A DNA stretch of 64,000 nt from the NCBI GenBank assembly GCA_951406725.2, contig OX597819.1:88908001-88972000 (forward strand). Direction: 5' to 3'. Below the pieces are notes generated by a model. It was not told the origin of the DNA. It saw only the letters and a program-made list of their open reading frames with translations, and searched no databases. The translations under genes were made by a program, and so were the position numbers. The stretch is from Octopus vulgaris (taxonomy: Eukaryota). The first letter of the stretch is position 1, and the number at the start of each line of letters is the position of its first letter. Shown one piece after another: positions 25,022 through 38,665 of the stretch.

Positions 25022-26303
25022 AGAAACTGTTTGGAAGTATATCATACATGTCAATGTGTGTGTGTGTATTTGTGTCTGTGTTTGTCTCTCAACCCACCCA
25101 CTCAGCAACTGGTATTGGTTTGTTTACATTCCAATAACAGTGGTTTGGCAAAAGGGCCCGACAGAATAAGTACCAAAAACGGAAAAATAGTAGTAGTGAG
25201 GTCAATTGTTTTCTTGACAAAAACCCTTCATGACAATGCCCCAGCAAGGCTGCAGTCCAATGACTGAAACAAGTAAAAAATTAAAAAATTATGAAGGAAT
25301 GGAACAAAGAATATCACATCACAAAAGTCATTGGAAAAGAATGCCAGTATGGCAATGAGAGAACAATAGTGGCAAGACAGAAATAATTCTTAAAAGAGGT
25401 ACAAGATGAAATAAATTTGGGAGTTGGGTTGTACAGTTGATTTAATCGACCCTTATACTTTCTTTCTTCGATGATTCCCAGCCCACATTACCAGCACCAC
25501 CACAAGGGAATTGCTACTTTCAATGGAGAATACAGGTTAGGATTGCTGTTATTATGAAAAATGAAAAAAAAGATAGGGTTCTAGAGATAATTTCATCAAG
25601 TCATGAAAATTGACTTCTCCAAACCAAACAGCTGCTATTTAGAAGCTATGAAAAAAAAATCCTAACAATAACAATGAAGATGATGATTATGATGATGATG
25701 ATGATAATGATGATAATAACAATAACAATTATGATGATGATGATGATGATGAGTAGGAGGTTTGTTAGAAATAACAATGACCAACAACGATATCATTAAT
25801 AATGCTGAATTTCTCTTCATGGTTATCATACTTGAGAGACTAGAATAACATGTAACAAGACTCAAGACACACATACACGCAAACACACATTGAAAGACTT
25901 TCAGATAATTAAAAAAAAAAGAAGAAAAAGAAAAAATTCCAAAAACAAAAAAAAACATGTATAAGAGCAACAATAATAACAACAATAATAAAAAGTGATA
26001 CTTTAGAATTAAAAAAAAATATATATAATTTGAAGAGGTTTCAATTAAAATATGAAAATTTTGACCAGAACAGAAGATTAGAAATGGTAGTCGTGTTTAA
26101 ATGATGCACATGTTAGATTCAACACCATCACTCCCCCTTCATCCTGAAAATATTGATTACGGAATAATTCAAACTGCCAGCTTTCATTTATTAACACCCA
26201 ATAGAGCTGTTTCTAAATATGTGTGTATGTGTGCAATGTGTATATTTGTGTATGTATGTATGTGTGTGTGTGCGTGTGTGTACGTACATATATATATATC
26301 TGT

Positions 26304-26382
<79 letters not shown>

Positions 26383-27281
26383 TGTATATGAGTGCCACAG
26401 AATATCATGGTGTTTGTTGTTACAAAGTCTGATATGATTCTTTCTCTTCTTTTCATCTCCTTCAGCTCGGTATCGGCTTCTTCAAGACACATTTCCCAAA
26501 CACTTTCTCTTTAAAAGTTTCAAGAGAAAAGACACATACACAGACAAACTTTTCTAGACATGTCTCCTTTTTTATCTTCCATATCAATTCGCCTTCTCCA
26601 TTTGGCCAATGGTATTCATTCACAATCCCCAACACTACCACCACCTCTGTCACCGCCACCGCCAACCACAAAAGTATTGGTGGTAGCCAATAAATTTTGG
26701 ACAAATATTGTTGCTTCCAATGTAAATAAACAGAATTATTTACTTTTTAGAAACCTATGTTGAAATATAATCAAAGCTGTCATCTGGTAATGTTTACACA
26801 AGCAAATAAAGTTATATTGCAGTGTTTACACATGGAAAGAAAGTTATCTGGTAATATTTACATACGAAGACAAAGTTTTCCATAGTGTAATGTTTACACA
26901 TGGAAGCACATGAGCTTTTAATATATAATTTAAATAGCAATTAATTTACAACTTTCTGTCAGTTTAATCAATATATCATTCATTATGCATGGTTCCATAC
27001 CTAGGTTTCGCACATTTTACCTTGCATGGACAAGGGTTCATCATTACTATCAAGCCTGGGTTTTGCATTACATATCTATTTGATTACACAAAAATGCATC
27101 TCTAGGTGCTATATACTTCCACACAGGTGTAGGTTGAGCACTTTTATGTTTTGGGACAATATATAAAGAAACTTTAAAATTAGTAGGACATGGGAATATA
27201 TATAAGCCTTCTGAGTGGATTTGGTAGATGGAAACTTAAGAAGCCTCTCATCTATACACACACATACATACACACACAAAA

Positions 27282-27610
27282 TGATCAAGGTGGCTAGCAG
27301 CAATTTAAAACCAACAAGGAAATAATTCACCGTCACTAAGAGTGACAAGGGTGCAGTGAGCACCAGCAATGCTAGAAATAAGAGTCGTAATCTCCTTAGT
27401 CACAAAAGCACATGGTCTCTTTTGAGTGTTAATTTCCTATATGAAATTAACATGCTAACCTAATACATCTTGCTCACAGCGGGAAGGGTTTTTCCCTCTG
27501 TCAATAGAAATAGAGCATGTGCTTTTGTGGCTAAGGAGTCCACAACTACTATTTCTAGCAATGCTGGTGCTCACTGCACTCTTGTCACTCTTAGTGACAG
27601 TGAATTATAT
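27282..27610. mobile_element. Penelope-like fragment with ~90-bp inverted duplication
   Basis: ~27322-27413 and ~27516-27609 are reverse complements. Homologous to 11510-11650 and 47210-47380. Inserted in the CA tract of a SINE. Confidence 0.55.
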
Positions 27611-27965
27611 TATATGTGTGTGTCTTTGTGTCTGTCCTTCCATCACCAACTGATATTACAGTTGGTGGCTCTGGAACAAATATTAAAAAAATCCCTTACT
27701 TGCAAACAGTTATAGGTTGGTGACTGGAAGAGCATCTAGCTGTAAAATCCTGCTTTAAACATAACCCCACCCCATCTGTTCTACCATAGAAAAATAGGCA
27801 CTAAACAAATACACACTTTCTCTTTCACAGACTTTCATGCATACGCACACATGTGCACCTGTGCTTATGTATATATATATATATATATATATAGCACACA
27901 TATACATACACCCACACCCACAGATATTTATGACCAGATGTATACACAAATTATACGTGTGTGTA

Positions 27966-28000
<35 letters not shown>

Positions 28001-28570
28001 TATATTATATACATGTATCCATGTGCATTCACATACATACATACATACATACAAAAGTATATATAAGCGCATGTACACACACACACACACACACACTAGC
28101 TAGAAGGTTACTTTGAATATAAGTTTGACTTTCTTAAATACAAACACAGCTATCTTGTTCATATCCTGAAGATATATTCATAGTTAGGTAGAGATGACAG
28201 TTCTATCATTTCAAGCTACCTAACAACTAGCAGTTCATAAATATAGGTTTCATTAAATCTGCTTTCTGTGTCTTTGGGCAAGACAGATACTTTCTTCCGT
28301 TAATATTGCAAAGAAAAGAGGCAACAAACTTCTGAATACAAACATGTGATAAATAAACACCTGAGCTAAATCGAACCCACGAGCGAACCTCTCGAGTCAT
28401 TTATTCTGCTAGAAATAGCAACGAAATCATCATCAAACCATATCGTGTTATTTTAAAAACAGAAAATCATATAGTTGCATAGATCTGAGTCAAACAGTTG
28501 CTAAATAGTATATGTAATTCCTACCAAATGTGTAGAGAGCCACTTTTATTTGTCCACTAATTCATATGTG

Positions 28571-28603
<33 letters not shown>

Positions 28604-29757
28604 CAAACCAAGTGAGATCATAGTTATGGTTAATGTTCCATGCCAGTGGCATGTAAAATGCACCCACTACACTCTTGGAGTGGTTGGCATTAAGAAGCGC
28701 ATCCATCTGTAGAAATCGTGCCAAATGAGATAGGAACCTAGTGCAGCTCCCCAGCTTACCAGTTTTCAATCAAACCATCCAAACCATGCCAGCATGGAAA
28801 ATGAATGTTAAATGATGATATGTATGTATGTATGCACACATGCACATAGAGCCATCACATGATGTGAAAACAAGGATGCTGACGAACACACACACACATA
28901 CATGTATGTATATACACAACAGACTTCTTTTGGTTTCCATCTACAAAATCCACTCACATGGTTTTGATTGGTCAAAGCAGAAGGTGCTCACTCGAAAGTG
29001 CCTTGTAGTGGGACTGAACTTGAAACCACATGTTTAAGAAGCAAGCTTGTTAACCACACAGCCATGCTTGCTGCACCCTTTCATATAAATAATAACTGCT
29101 CATGCACTTCATTTTAATATTAACAATAATTATGGTTTTCGTATTAACATTCACTCAAGAAGGAATATAGAAAATTGTGAAAAGTTCCTTGGAAGTGAAG
29201 AAAAAAAGGAAGAAAATATATATAGTGATAGAGTCTACAAGAAAAGTTACTTTTGTATAGTGGAACATGATGAAAGATATAGTTTCATATATAGCTGTTC
29301 AATTGCAGCTAGCAATCAATGTTTATGGTTACAGATTTCGATTAAGTTTTTAAGATTATGAGTTAGGATCAGGGTAAGTTCCATATTGGTCCTCCATACA
29401 TTGTGGCTTCTCTTTCTGACATTTATAGTAAAAGTTTTAGGCGAAAATTGCATAATTATGACCAAAATAAATAAATAAAATCTAAGTCAAGAACCTAACT
29501 CAAAATTCTAAAATAGTATATTTGCTTGGCCCACATACACACACACACGAATGATTTTATTGTATAAATACACTGCTCATCAATACAAAAGCTATATAAC
29601 AGCTTCTTACTTTCTTTTTTTTTTCTTTTTGCTTGTTTTATTCTAGATATTTTCCCCAAAGATATAAATTTGGAAGAATAGGAATGGTCAGTTCATATTA
29701 TCAGACACAGTGAATACATTTTTCGTCTCTCCATCTCCACAACACACACACATACAT

Positions 29758-29805
<48 letters not shown>

Positions 29806-31363
29806 GATTAATGACATGTATCAAAAGCAGAAAGGAATACTAAAAGATACAATGAGAAAAGAAAAATGATATATATACAAGTTGGTTGAATAAATGTCAG
29901 AAAAGCCATAATACTAGTTTGTATTGTTGTTGTTACTTATATTGTAAATATAGTGAATAGAAAAAGCTAAACAAAATGTAAGTGATGAGTGTTGCAACCA
30001 TCCAAACATCTTATGATGCAGAACAGTGATTAGTTGCGAAACTGTTTACAAATGAATAAGTATATTGCAAACTCTGAAGAAACCTATTAAATATGTTCAC
30101 CAATGCTCGATAAGAGCTCAATGTAAGGAGAGAAAAAAAAAAAGGGAGTGGCTACATAATTATAACAAGCCCTATCATTAACAAGCAGTAAAGGTTCTGA
30201 GCAATAAATCGCACAAGTGTATGTCTATTATGAGATAAACAAAACGTATAACTGTACAAATGGATATGTTTACCCTGTGTGTGTGAGGAGCTTATATATA
30301 CATATATGTATATATATATATACATATATATATATATAACAGTAAAGCATAATAACTAGTGAGTCAGCTAAGCAAACCTATACCATAATTTCTTTACTGG
30401 ATATGATTAGATTCCTTTAGCTGCCTTTACAAATTCCCATTCTAAATCTTTCTGGGTTCAGTTCTGCTTCTATTAAAGTATATCTTTAATAAACCATATA
30501 CTGCAAATTTACCAAATTCTACACAGAATCTTTCCTTTGCAATTCATTACTTATTTTTATCCCTAAAGATCTCTTAAAAAAAAAAAAAAACAGAAAGAAA
30601 AAAGCTCTTGACAACACATTTTAGAAATTGAAAACTATTTAAATTATCACCCTATTTGTACCATATTCTTTACTTTCTATGTGTAGAGAGCAAACCATAT
30701 TGTTCTTTACAATGAAGAACATGTAAGAAATTCCAAGAGCTAGGCCATATTTATTTCCTATAACCATTTTCATTCTATTAACAGTCCTTTTGCTTCCACA
30801 GCATGCTTCATCATGGTACCAATATTTTATTTTTAACAGTCTGTTGCATCTACAGCTTCTCTTTCATATCAGTTTTCTTCAACTTCTTTAACCACGATAT
30901 TCTTCTATAGAAAGGATTTCTTTTGGAATCCAATTGTAATAGTAAGTATCATCTTAAAAGACATGAATAGCCAGCATAGTATTACAATCAAATCAGTGAA
31001 GTTACTAAACAGTACCATACCATAAGATATCAAGACTACTTATATTTTAAACTTTTTATCAGTTTCTTTCCTTTGTGCTCTGCATCACCATAACCCTTTT
31101 GTTACTACATTTTCAACAAAAGTTCATGGCTTGCATATTTCAGTTAATTTTGAAAACACTCAAGAATTTGGAGGAATTGAATAGAACAACTAAGTTTTTC
31201 CTTTATCTGTACATTAAGCTAGTGTTTGGAACTTTTGTGTAGAATCATGGTGGATGGACTTGATTTTAAATACTGAGCATTTTAGCCCTTCAACATTTAA
31301 ATCAGTCCTGGCCCAGATCAAGATTATCATACCTACCCCTATAATACCATTCTAAATATAAAC

Positions 31364-31587
31364 CAGTAGTTTTCAACCAGGGTCCATAAAGATTTTGTTT
31401 TTAAAATTTATCTGCAATAAATTGTTTATACTTCTACAATACACAAAATATTTTACTTTCCATACAATTTCTAACAATATTTAATTATAAAAATACAGTA
31501 GGAATATTTTTTTTATTTACATTGAATGCCTATGGAGTAAAATAGGATCAAAGGAGTCCATAGGCAAAAAATGGTTGAGAACCACTG
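31364..31587. mobile_element. hAT-type MITE
   Basis: TIRs CAGTAGTTTTCAACC / GGTTGAGAACCACTG; 8-bp TSD ATATAAAC / ATGTAAAC. Confidence 0.75.
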
Positions 31588-31681
31588 ATGTAAACAATCA
31601 AATCATATGAAATCACAGGGCCATGAAATGATGCATGATTAATTCAAAACAAGGTGAATAAATAAGCATTACATCTGACAG

Positions 31682-31970
31682 AGTTCGAATCCCGAACCGA
31701 GCTGCGTGTTGTGTTCTTGAGCAAGACACTTTATTTCACGTTGCTTCAGTTCACTCAGCTGTAGAAATGAGTTGCGACATCACTGGTGTCAAGCTGTATC
31801 GGCTACTGCCTTTCCCTTGGATAACACTGGTGGCATGGAGAGGGGAGATCGGTATGCATGGGCGACTGCTGGTCTTCCATAAACCACCTTGCCCAGACTT
31901 GTGACTAGGAGGGTAACTTTCTAGGTGCAATCCCATGGTCAGTGTCGTGACTGAAGGGGGTCCCAATCCC
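31682..31970 (+). mobile_element. SINE family C (CORE-like), 5'-truncated
   Basis: B-box GTTCGAATCCC then GTTCTTGAGCAAGACACTTTATTTCAC. Degenerate TSD ACATCTGACAGAGT / ACATTTGGCAGAGT. Confidence 0.75.
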
Positions 31971-34900
31971 GACATTTGGCAGAGTAATCTGAATGCTAAA
32001 GGGTTAAAACAGCTATGTATTAAAGAACCAGAGGTAGTCTGAAGTAGATTAACACCAAATGCTGATTAGCATCAGACTGAAAAAGTAGCACACTTTGTGG
32101 TTGCTATAGTAATAAAGACTTGAACATGTATTATATATCATCACTACTGAACATCTTATTGTATCTAAAGTCAACTTATCTAAAATCTCAGCAACTCTAA
32201 TTTGTTTAGTGTCTAGAATTAAATTCTCCTGTAATATATATTTTTTTAAAAAACTTCTTTTAAAATGGTAAGAAATAGTTAAAAAAAAGAACAGAAAATA
32301 TTAGTTGGTAAATTATTTCATATGTCATATGCTCAAGGAATGTACACCACATAAAAGGTAGATCCAGATAACAGTAATTGTTGTACACCAACTAAAGTTG
32401 ACTAGTCAGCCTTTGCTATGCTCACAATCAAAACTCATAAGACTATGGGAATAAACTGGACAGCTTTAGAAACACAACAAATCAATACTGTCCACTTGCA
32501 ATAAACCCCTGCATGTCTGAGGATGGTTCTCAGCCAGGTAAAGGTACAGTCATTGAATCTTCATCATTAACCTCATTGTTTTTCTCCTTTTTCATACCTG
32601 CATGGGTTGGACAGAGTTTATTGAGATAGATTTTCTTTGACTGGATGCTTTTCCTGTCCCCTAGCCTTACCTATTTCCAAGCAAGGTAATATTTCCCCAT
32701 GGTCAGACATGTTTTACCAGAATATTAGAAATGAATGATCTTCATTTTCAAGGCACACAAATAGACACATATCCGCATACATATATTAGATATGATGGGC
32801 TTCTTTCAGTTTCCATTTACCAAATCTGCTCGCAAAGTTTTGGTTGACCCAGGGCTATTGTAGGAGACACTTGCCCAAGTTGCCATGCAAATAAACCTCT
32901 TGACCACACAGCAACACCTATACCTATTTTGTGAGTGTACATGTGTCCATGTGTGCAAATTCAACTCAATATATCACAGGTGTTAATTCACTCTCATCCT
33001 TCTACAAAGGAACGAACATTTAAAGCCAAGGTTGACTGAGGTGAGATTTGAACTCAGAACCTGAGAATGGAAGGCTAAAAGTATAAACAACACAACACAT
33101 GTTATTTTTCTACCATCCTGCCAACCTAACAACATGTGTTACAAATTTAAAACTCTTGGAATGTAGTACCACCTATGGAACAAACCATTAGATTGCATTT
33201 TCTTTGGTGGGTTTCTTTTTTGCTTGTTTGTTTGCTTGCTTTTGTTATTTTTCTTCTTTTAATGCATTAGAATGTGTGAAAGAGCAAACAAGCATAATAA
33301 AAGTGGCAGAGGCATCGGTTTAGGTTTTGGTAGGGAGCAAATTAATGATTAATTCAATACCCATAAAAACTAAACCAAATAATAATAATAACAACAACAA
33401 CTACAACGACGATGATGATAATTTTGTGGAAACATATTGACAATAAAGTAGTGGAGGGTAGGTGGTGTGGTGGTAATGGAGGTTGGGAGGCATGATGGTT
33501 GGAGGAGGAGGGGAACAGGGTGATCTTAGAAGTCAGTAAAATTTCTGAAAACTGAAAAATTGCTCTACAGGAGAACTACCCCCTGGTGAGTGAAAAAAAA
33601 AAAATCTGACATTAGGGCTTCTACCCAGAAAACTAGCAATGACTGTGGTGCTATTAAGAGGTTCATCCTGTTGCTTAAGTGAAAATTCACTAAAACGAAA
33701 TAAAAAATTTTCTAAAAATCATAAATTGATAAATATATAAAAATAGCAACAAAAAAAAAAATTAAATGTATAAATAGAAATATTAAAAAAAATAATAAAA
33801 AAAGAATAAAAATGAGGAGACAGGTGTGAAGATTTTATGAAGCAGCAAGAAGGGTTAAGGTTAAATAAATAGGAAAAAAAATTTTCAAAAAAAATATGAA
33901 TTGTCGTTTACAAAATTTAAATATTGTAAAAGAAGGGGAAGAGAGAGTGAGTGTAAATGCCACAAGTGCCAAAATAGCAACCAATAAAGAGATGAGATGG
34001 AGGTGGTGGTAGTGATGATGGTGGTGGTGACAATGGTGGAGGTGGTGGTGATAATATCTAATAACATATTTGAAAGTGGGTGGTCTAGGAGGATAAAAGT
34101 AATCATTTAGAAGGCAATCATTTGTGAAATAAGATTCCCCGATTAAGACTTTTACAATACACTTAACCTTCAGCATTGAATAGAAGTGGATAAAATAGCT
34201 AAGTTGGTTAGTCGGAAGAGTAAAGAAGAAGGAAACAGACAAAAAAAAAAAAAAAAGAAAAAGATATCAGAAAATAACAAGAATAAAATCTCTTTAACCC
34301 TTTTGTGACCCTATTCCTAACAAGAATATACAACCTTAATGTTTTAATTTTCTAAATAATTAAAACTTCTAACTTCCAACTTAATAAAAACCAAATGTTT
34401 ACTTGGTGAAGTCAAATATTATCTTACATGTAATAATGAGATTTCAGACCAAGATCTGAATTTAAAATGTAAAAGGCTTTTAATAAACAGTTTTAGCATG
34501 GGGTTGGTGTACTGGAAGGTGTAATCTTCACTTTTGAATCTTGGATCTTAATAGCAAGCTTTGTGTGTGCATGAGTGCATGCGTGCGTGTTTGTGCATGT
34601 GAGTGCATGCATGCAAGTATGTTGTGTGAATGCATACGAATACACGTGTAATGCAGATGTGAAACAGCCCACATCAGGAAGGAACTTCAAGCTGTTGGAT
34701 CAATAAAATTAATAATTAAAAATATCTTTTCATCAAAGATGAAAATCATGTAAAGAAGAGATTGGAGTGTTTGTAGTTACCTTAGATAAGCAATATATAA
34801 ATAAAATGTGTAATTGGAGAGTGTGGGGGAGGGGTAGAGAGTGAAGTGTGTGGGGGTGGGGGGTGGCATACAAATGAAATGCGCAATAAAATTTAACAGA

Positions 34901-36244
34901 TTTTCTCAGCTGAATCGTATTAGACAAATTGAAGATTTAGATGGAGATAAATACTAGAAATACTACTAATGGGTGCTGTTGTTGTTGTTTAGCCACAGGT
35001 CAGGCCTGAGCATGCAGGCCTATGAACTGGTGTTTTTAACCATGATCTTATTCAGTTATTTCTAATTTCCAGATACAATGCAGGTGCAAATGTGACTGTT
35101 TGGTGAGAAGTTTGTTTCCTAGCCACATGGTTTTGGGTTCAGTGCCACTGTATGGCAACTTGGGCAAGTGTCTTCTGTTTATAACCCAAGGCTGACCATT
35201 TGGTACATGGAAACTGAAAGAAGCCTATCATATGCGCGTGTTACTGTCATTTTGCTCTGATATCATGTGATAACTGTAAGCAAGTGCCACTGTCATGCAA
35301 GCGATGTACCTCATTTCCAATATTTGGGAAAAACATGTCTAGTCATTGGAAATATTACATTACTTGGAAAGAAGGGCATTCAGCTCCAGAAAATTCACTT
35401 CACTGAATTCCATTCAACTGATGTGGAGGTTCATGGCTTAGTGGTTAGGATTTGGACTCATGATTGTAAGACTGTGGTTTCAATCCCTGGACTGGGCAAT
35501 GTGTTGTATTCTTGAGCAAAACACTTCACATTGCTCCAGTCCACTCAGCTGACAAAAATGAATAATCCTGCAATAGGCCGGCATCCCATCCAGGTGAGGA
35601 ATTTATATGCCATGAAACCGGCAAACTGGCCCTTATGAGTTTGTATGACTCAAGAAGGTAACTTTAACTTTACTATCCCACCAATGAACATATGGAAAAG
35701 TGGATGTGCTGCTGATGATGATGATGATGGCATGAAATTTAGCTATTATTTGTTGCAAATCTAATGGTTACTCAGAGGTTCTCTCAGTATTTTGAACTAG
35801 TTGAGTGTAAAAATATGTTGAGGTTGTAGATATAAAAACAACAGAAAAAATTCCTCTTGAAAATAACTGCATTTTCTTTTCTAAAAAAAAAAAAGATTTT
35901 AAATAAATTCTTCCACATCTGAGGATTTATGAAAATTAACCAAATTTTTCAGTAAAACATTATTTCACAGGATGCTTGTCAAATTCAGATTAGAAAGTAA
36001 ATCAAAAGAGGATTTCAATGTCACTTTAAAGTTAAATAGTGAATTGTAACTCTAATCATAAAGAAGGATTAACTAGAGGGTTGAATTTCTTTTAACTTAA
36101 AAAAGAAAAATAAATAATGAGCTTATTGTATATATTGTACACAGCACTCAAGTGCACTACAACTGATCAGAAGAGGATGAAAGAAGACACAGAAAGCAGA
36201 AATAAATCAAACAAAGACAGTAATGCTAGCCAAAAGTATATGCA

Positions 36245-36560
36245 CACTGTCAGTTACAATGTTGAGGGTTCCAGTTGATCCAATCAACAGAACAACTTGT
36301 TCATGAATTTATTGTGCAAGTGGCTGAGCACTCCACAGACACATGTGCCCTTAATGTAGTCCTCAGGGAGATTCAATGTGACACAGAATGTGACAAGGCT
36401 GGCCCTTTGAATTACAAGTACTACTGATTTTTGCCAGCTGAGTGGACTGGACCAACGTGAAATAAAGTGCCTTGCTCAAGGGCACAGCATGCTGTTGATT
36501 TTTGAACTCATGACCTTATGATCGCAAACCAAATATCCTACACTAAGCTACGGGCCTTCA
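36245..36560 (-). mobile_element. SINE family C variant
   Basis: Reverse complement of the tRNA head plus CCTTGAGCAAGGCACTTTATTTCAC core. A second copy lies at ~51052-51353. Confidence 0.75.
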
Positions 36561-36605
36561 CACATGCACACAGGATACAAGAGGGCAGAAAAATAAATAG
36601 TAAAC

Positions 36606-37020
36606 GGCGGCGAGCTGGCAGAAACGTTAGCACACCAGGCAAAATACTTAGCAGTATTTCGTCTGCTATTACGTTCTAAGTTCAAATTCCGCCGAGGTTG
36701 ACTTTGCCTTTCATCCTTTTAGGGTCGATAAATTAAGTACCAGTTATGCACTGGGGTCGATTTAATAAACTTAATCTCTTTGTCTGTCCTTGTTTGTCCC
36801 CTCTGTGTTTAGCCCCTTGTGGGTAGTAAAGAAATAGGTATTTCATCTGTCTTTACATTCTGAGTTCAAATTCTGCCGAGGTTGACTTTGCCTTTCATCC
36901 TTTCAGGGTCGATAAATTAAGTACTAGTTACGCAGTGGGGTCGAGTTAATCGACTTAATCCCTTTGTCTGTCCTTGTTTGTTCCCTCTATGTTTAACCCC
37001 TTGAAGGCAATAAAGAAATA
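36606..37020 (+). mobile_element. Dimeric SINE family B
   Basis: Full monomer plus a head-truncated second monomer. Perfect 18-bp TSD AGAAAAATAAATAGTAAA (36587-36604 / 37021-37038). Confidence 0.9.
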
Positions 37021-38268
37021 AGAAAAATAAATAGTAAAAGAGCCATAAAGAGGAAGGGGCGAATAAGCACATCTAGAGTAGTGTTGGCTGATTTTAGGAA
37101 GCATGGAATTTTTGAAGGATGCAGTATCCTGATAGGTAACAAATGACATTGTTAGTTTATTCCATGAAGAAGAAGCCTATCTTCATGATGTAGTCTGTTG
37201 CTATTTTCAGGCTGTGCATTTGCTGGCAGGCGGGGTGGGGATTGGGGATAACCTCTGTGATAATGAGCCCTAACGTTTGTACAGATGTTCAGGGTTTGAG
37301 GTGAATGCTGTTTATGTTTAAGGGAGCATGAATTTCAATAATATTTTGTTGATAAATTTAGCTATATATGTAATGGTCCCTGTTCATGGGGTTAATACAG
37401 GTTGGGCATGAGGTGCCTAAGTCACAAGTGGGAGACATTTAGACGATGAACTTTGACCCTTTAGCATTCAGATTATTCTGTCAAATCTATTTTTATTTAT
37501 TCACATTGTTTTTAATTAATTACACATTATTTTGTAGCTTCAAGGTTTCATTGGTAGGTTCCTATATTTTAAGAATGACATTGTAGGGTAGGTGTGAGAG
37601 TTTGGATCTGGTCAGTTTTAACATAAAAGAGCTAGAATATTTAGACCAGATTAAATGCTAAAGGGTTAAGGAAGATTGTAGGCAGGTGGCATCTGTGTAG
37701 GAGGGGCCACTATTGGGGAGAAGAAGTGAAGAGTAAGGGACAAATCTGAACCTTAGTGATGGATTATGACTTCTTGAGTCTTCAGCTGAATGGCAGGATA
37801 CCTCATCTATTTAATCATTGCTACTTCTTTTAACTCTAGCTTGACTCCATGCCTGTGTTTATGTGTTGGTACAGCATGTTTACAAAGAAAGATTTAAAAT
37901 TAATATCTTATTTAAGCATAGAGGAGAGAACAATGGTGTGCTTTGGAGCTACTGGTGAGCCAATTCCACTTCACTTATAACCATTGTCAGCAAATTTAAT
38001 AAAGAAACCATTTTCATTATTAGAGCAATGTTGAATCACAGAAGAATGAGCTTTTGTATTTGCTTGGACCACATTCTTGATATTGGCATTAGGCCTCCAG
38101 ATAAAAATCAAAGTATTTTTTTTTTATTAGTTTTTAATAGAATATTAAGAACACATTGCAAATAAGAGTTGTCATCTGTTTTAATAAATTGATGCGAAAC
38201 ATTCTGGCAACTAACATGTAGGAATTAGAATTGGAATTTTTTTCTGGTAAAGAATTCAAAAACTTCAA

Positions 38269-38665
38269 GGTGCAGATGTAACTGTGTGTGGCAAGAAGTT
38301 TCTTTCTTAACCACATGGTCTTGGGTTCAATCCTGCTGCATGGCACCTTGGGTAAACGCCTTCTACTAAAGACTTGGGCCAACCAAAACATTGTGAGCAC
38401 ATTTGGAAGACAGAAACTGAAAGAAGCCTGTCATGTGTGTATGTCTGTGTGGTCGAGACTTTGTCCCCCACCACCACTTGACAACTGGTGTTGGTGTGTT
38501 TATGTCCCTGTAACTTAGCAGTTTGGCAAAATAGATCAATAAAATAAATAACAGGTTTTAAAAAAATAAGTACTGAGGCTGATTCATTTGACTAAAAATT
38601 CTTCAAGGGATTTCTCCAGCATGGTCACAGTTTAATGACTGAAACAAGTAGAATATAAAAGATAA
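38269..38665 (+). mobile_element. SINE family A
   Basis: Full-length match to the family A head, core and tail. Confidence 0.8.

Noticed and set aside
37040-38100. Possible ancient LINE relic or exon in GC-richer unique-looking DNA
   Set aside because: No convincing RT motif or splice-bounded ORF could be read by eye.
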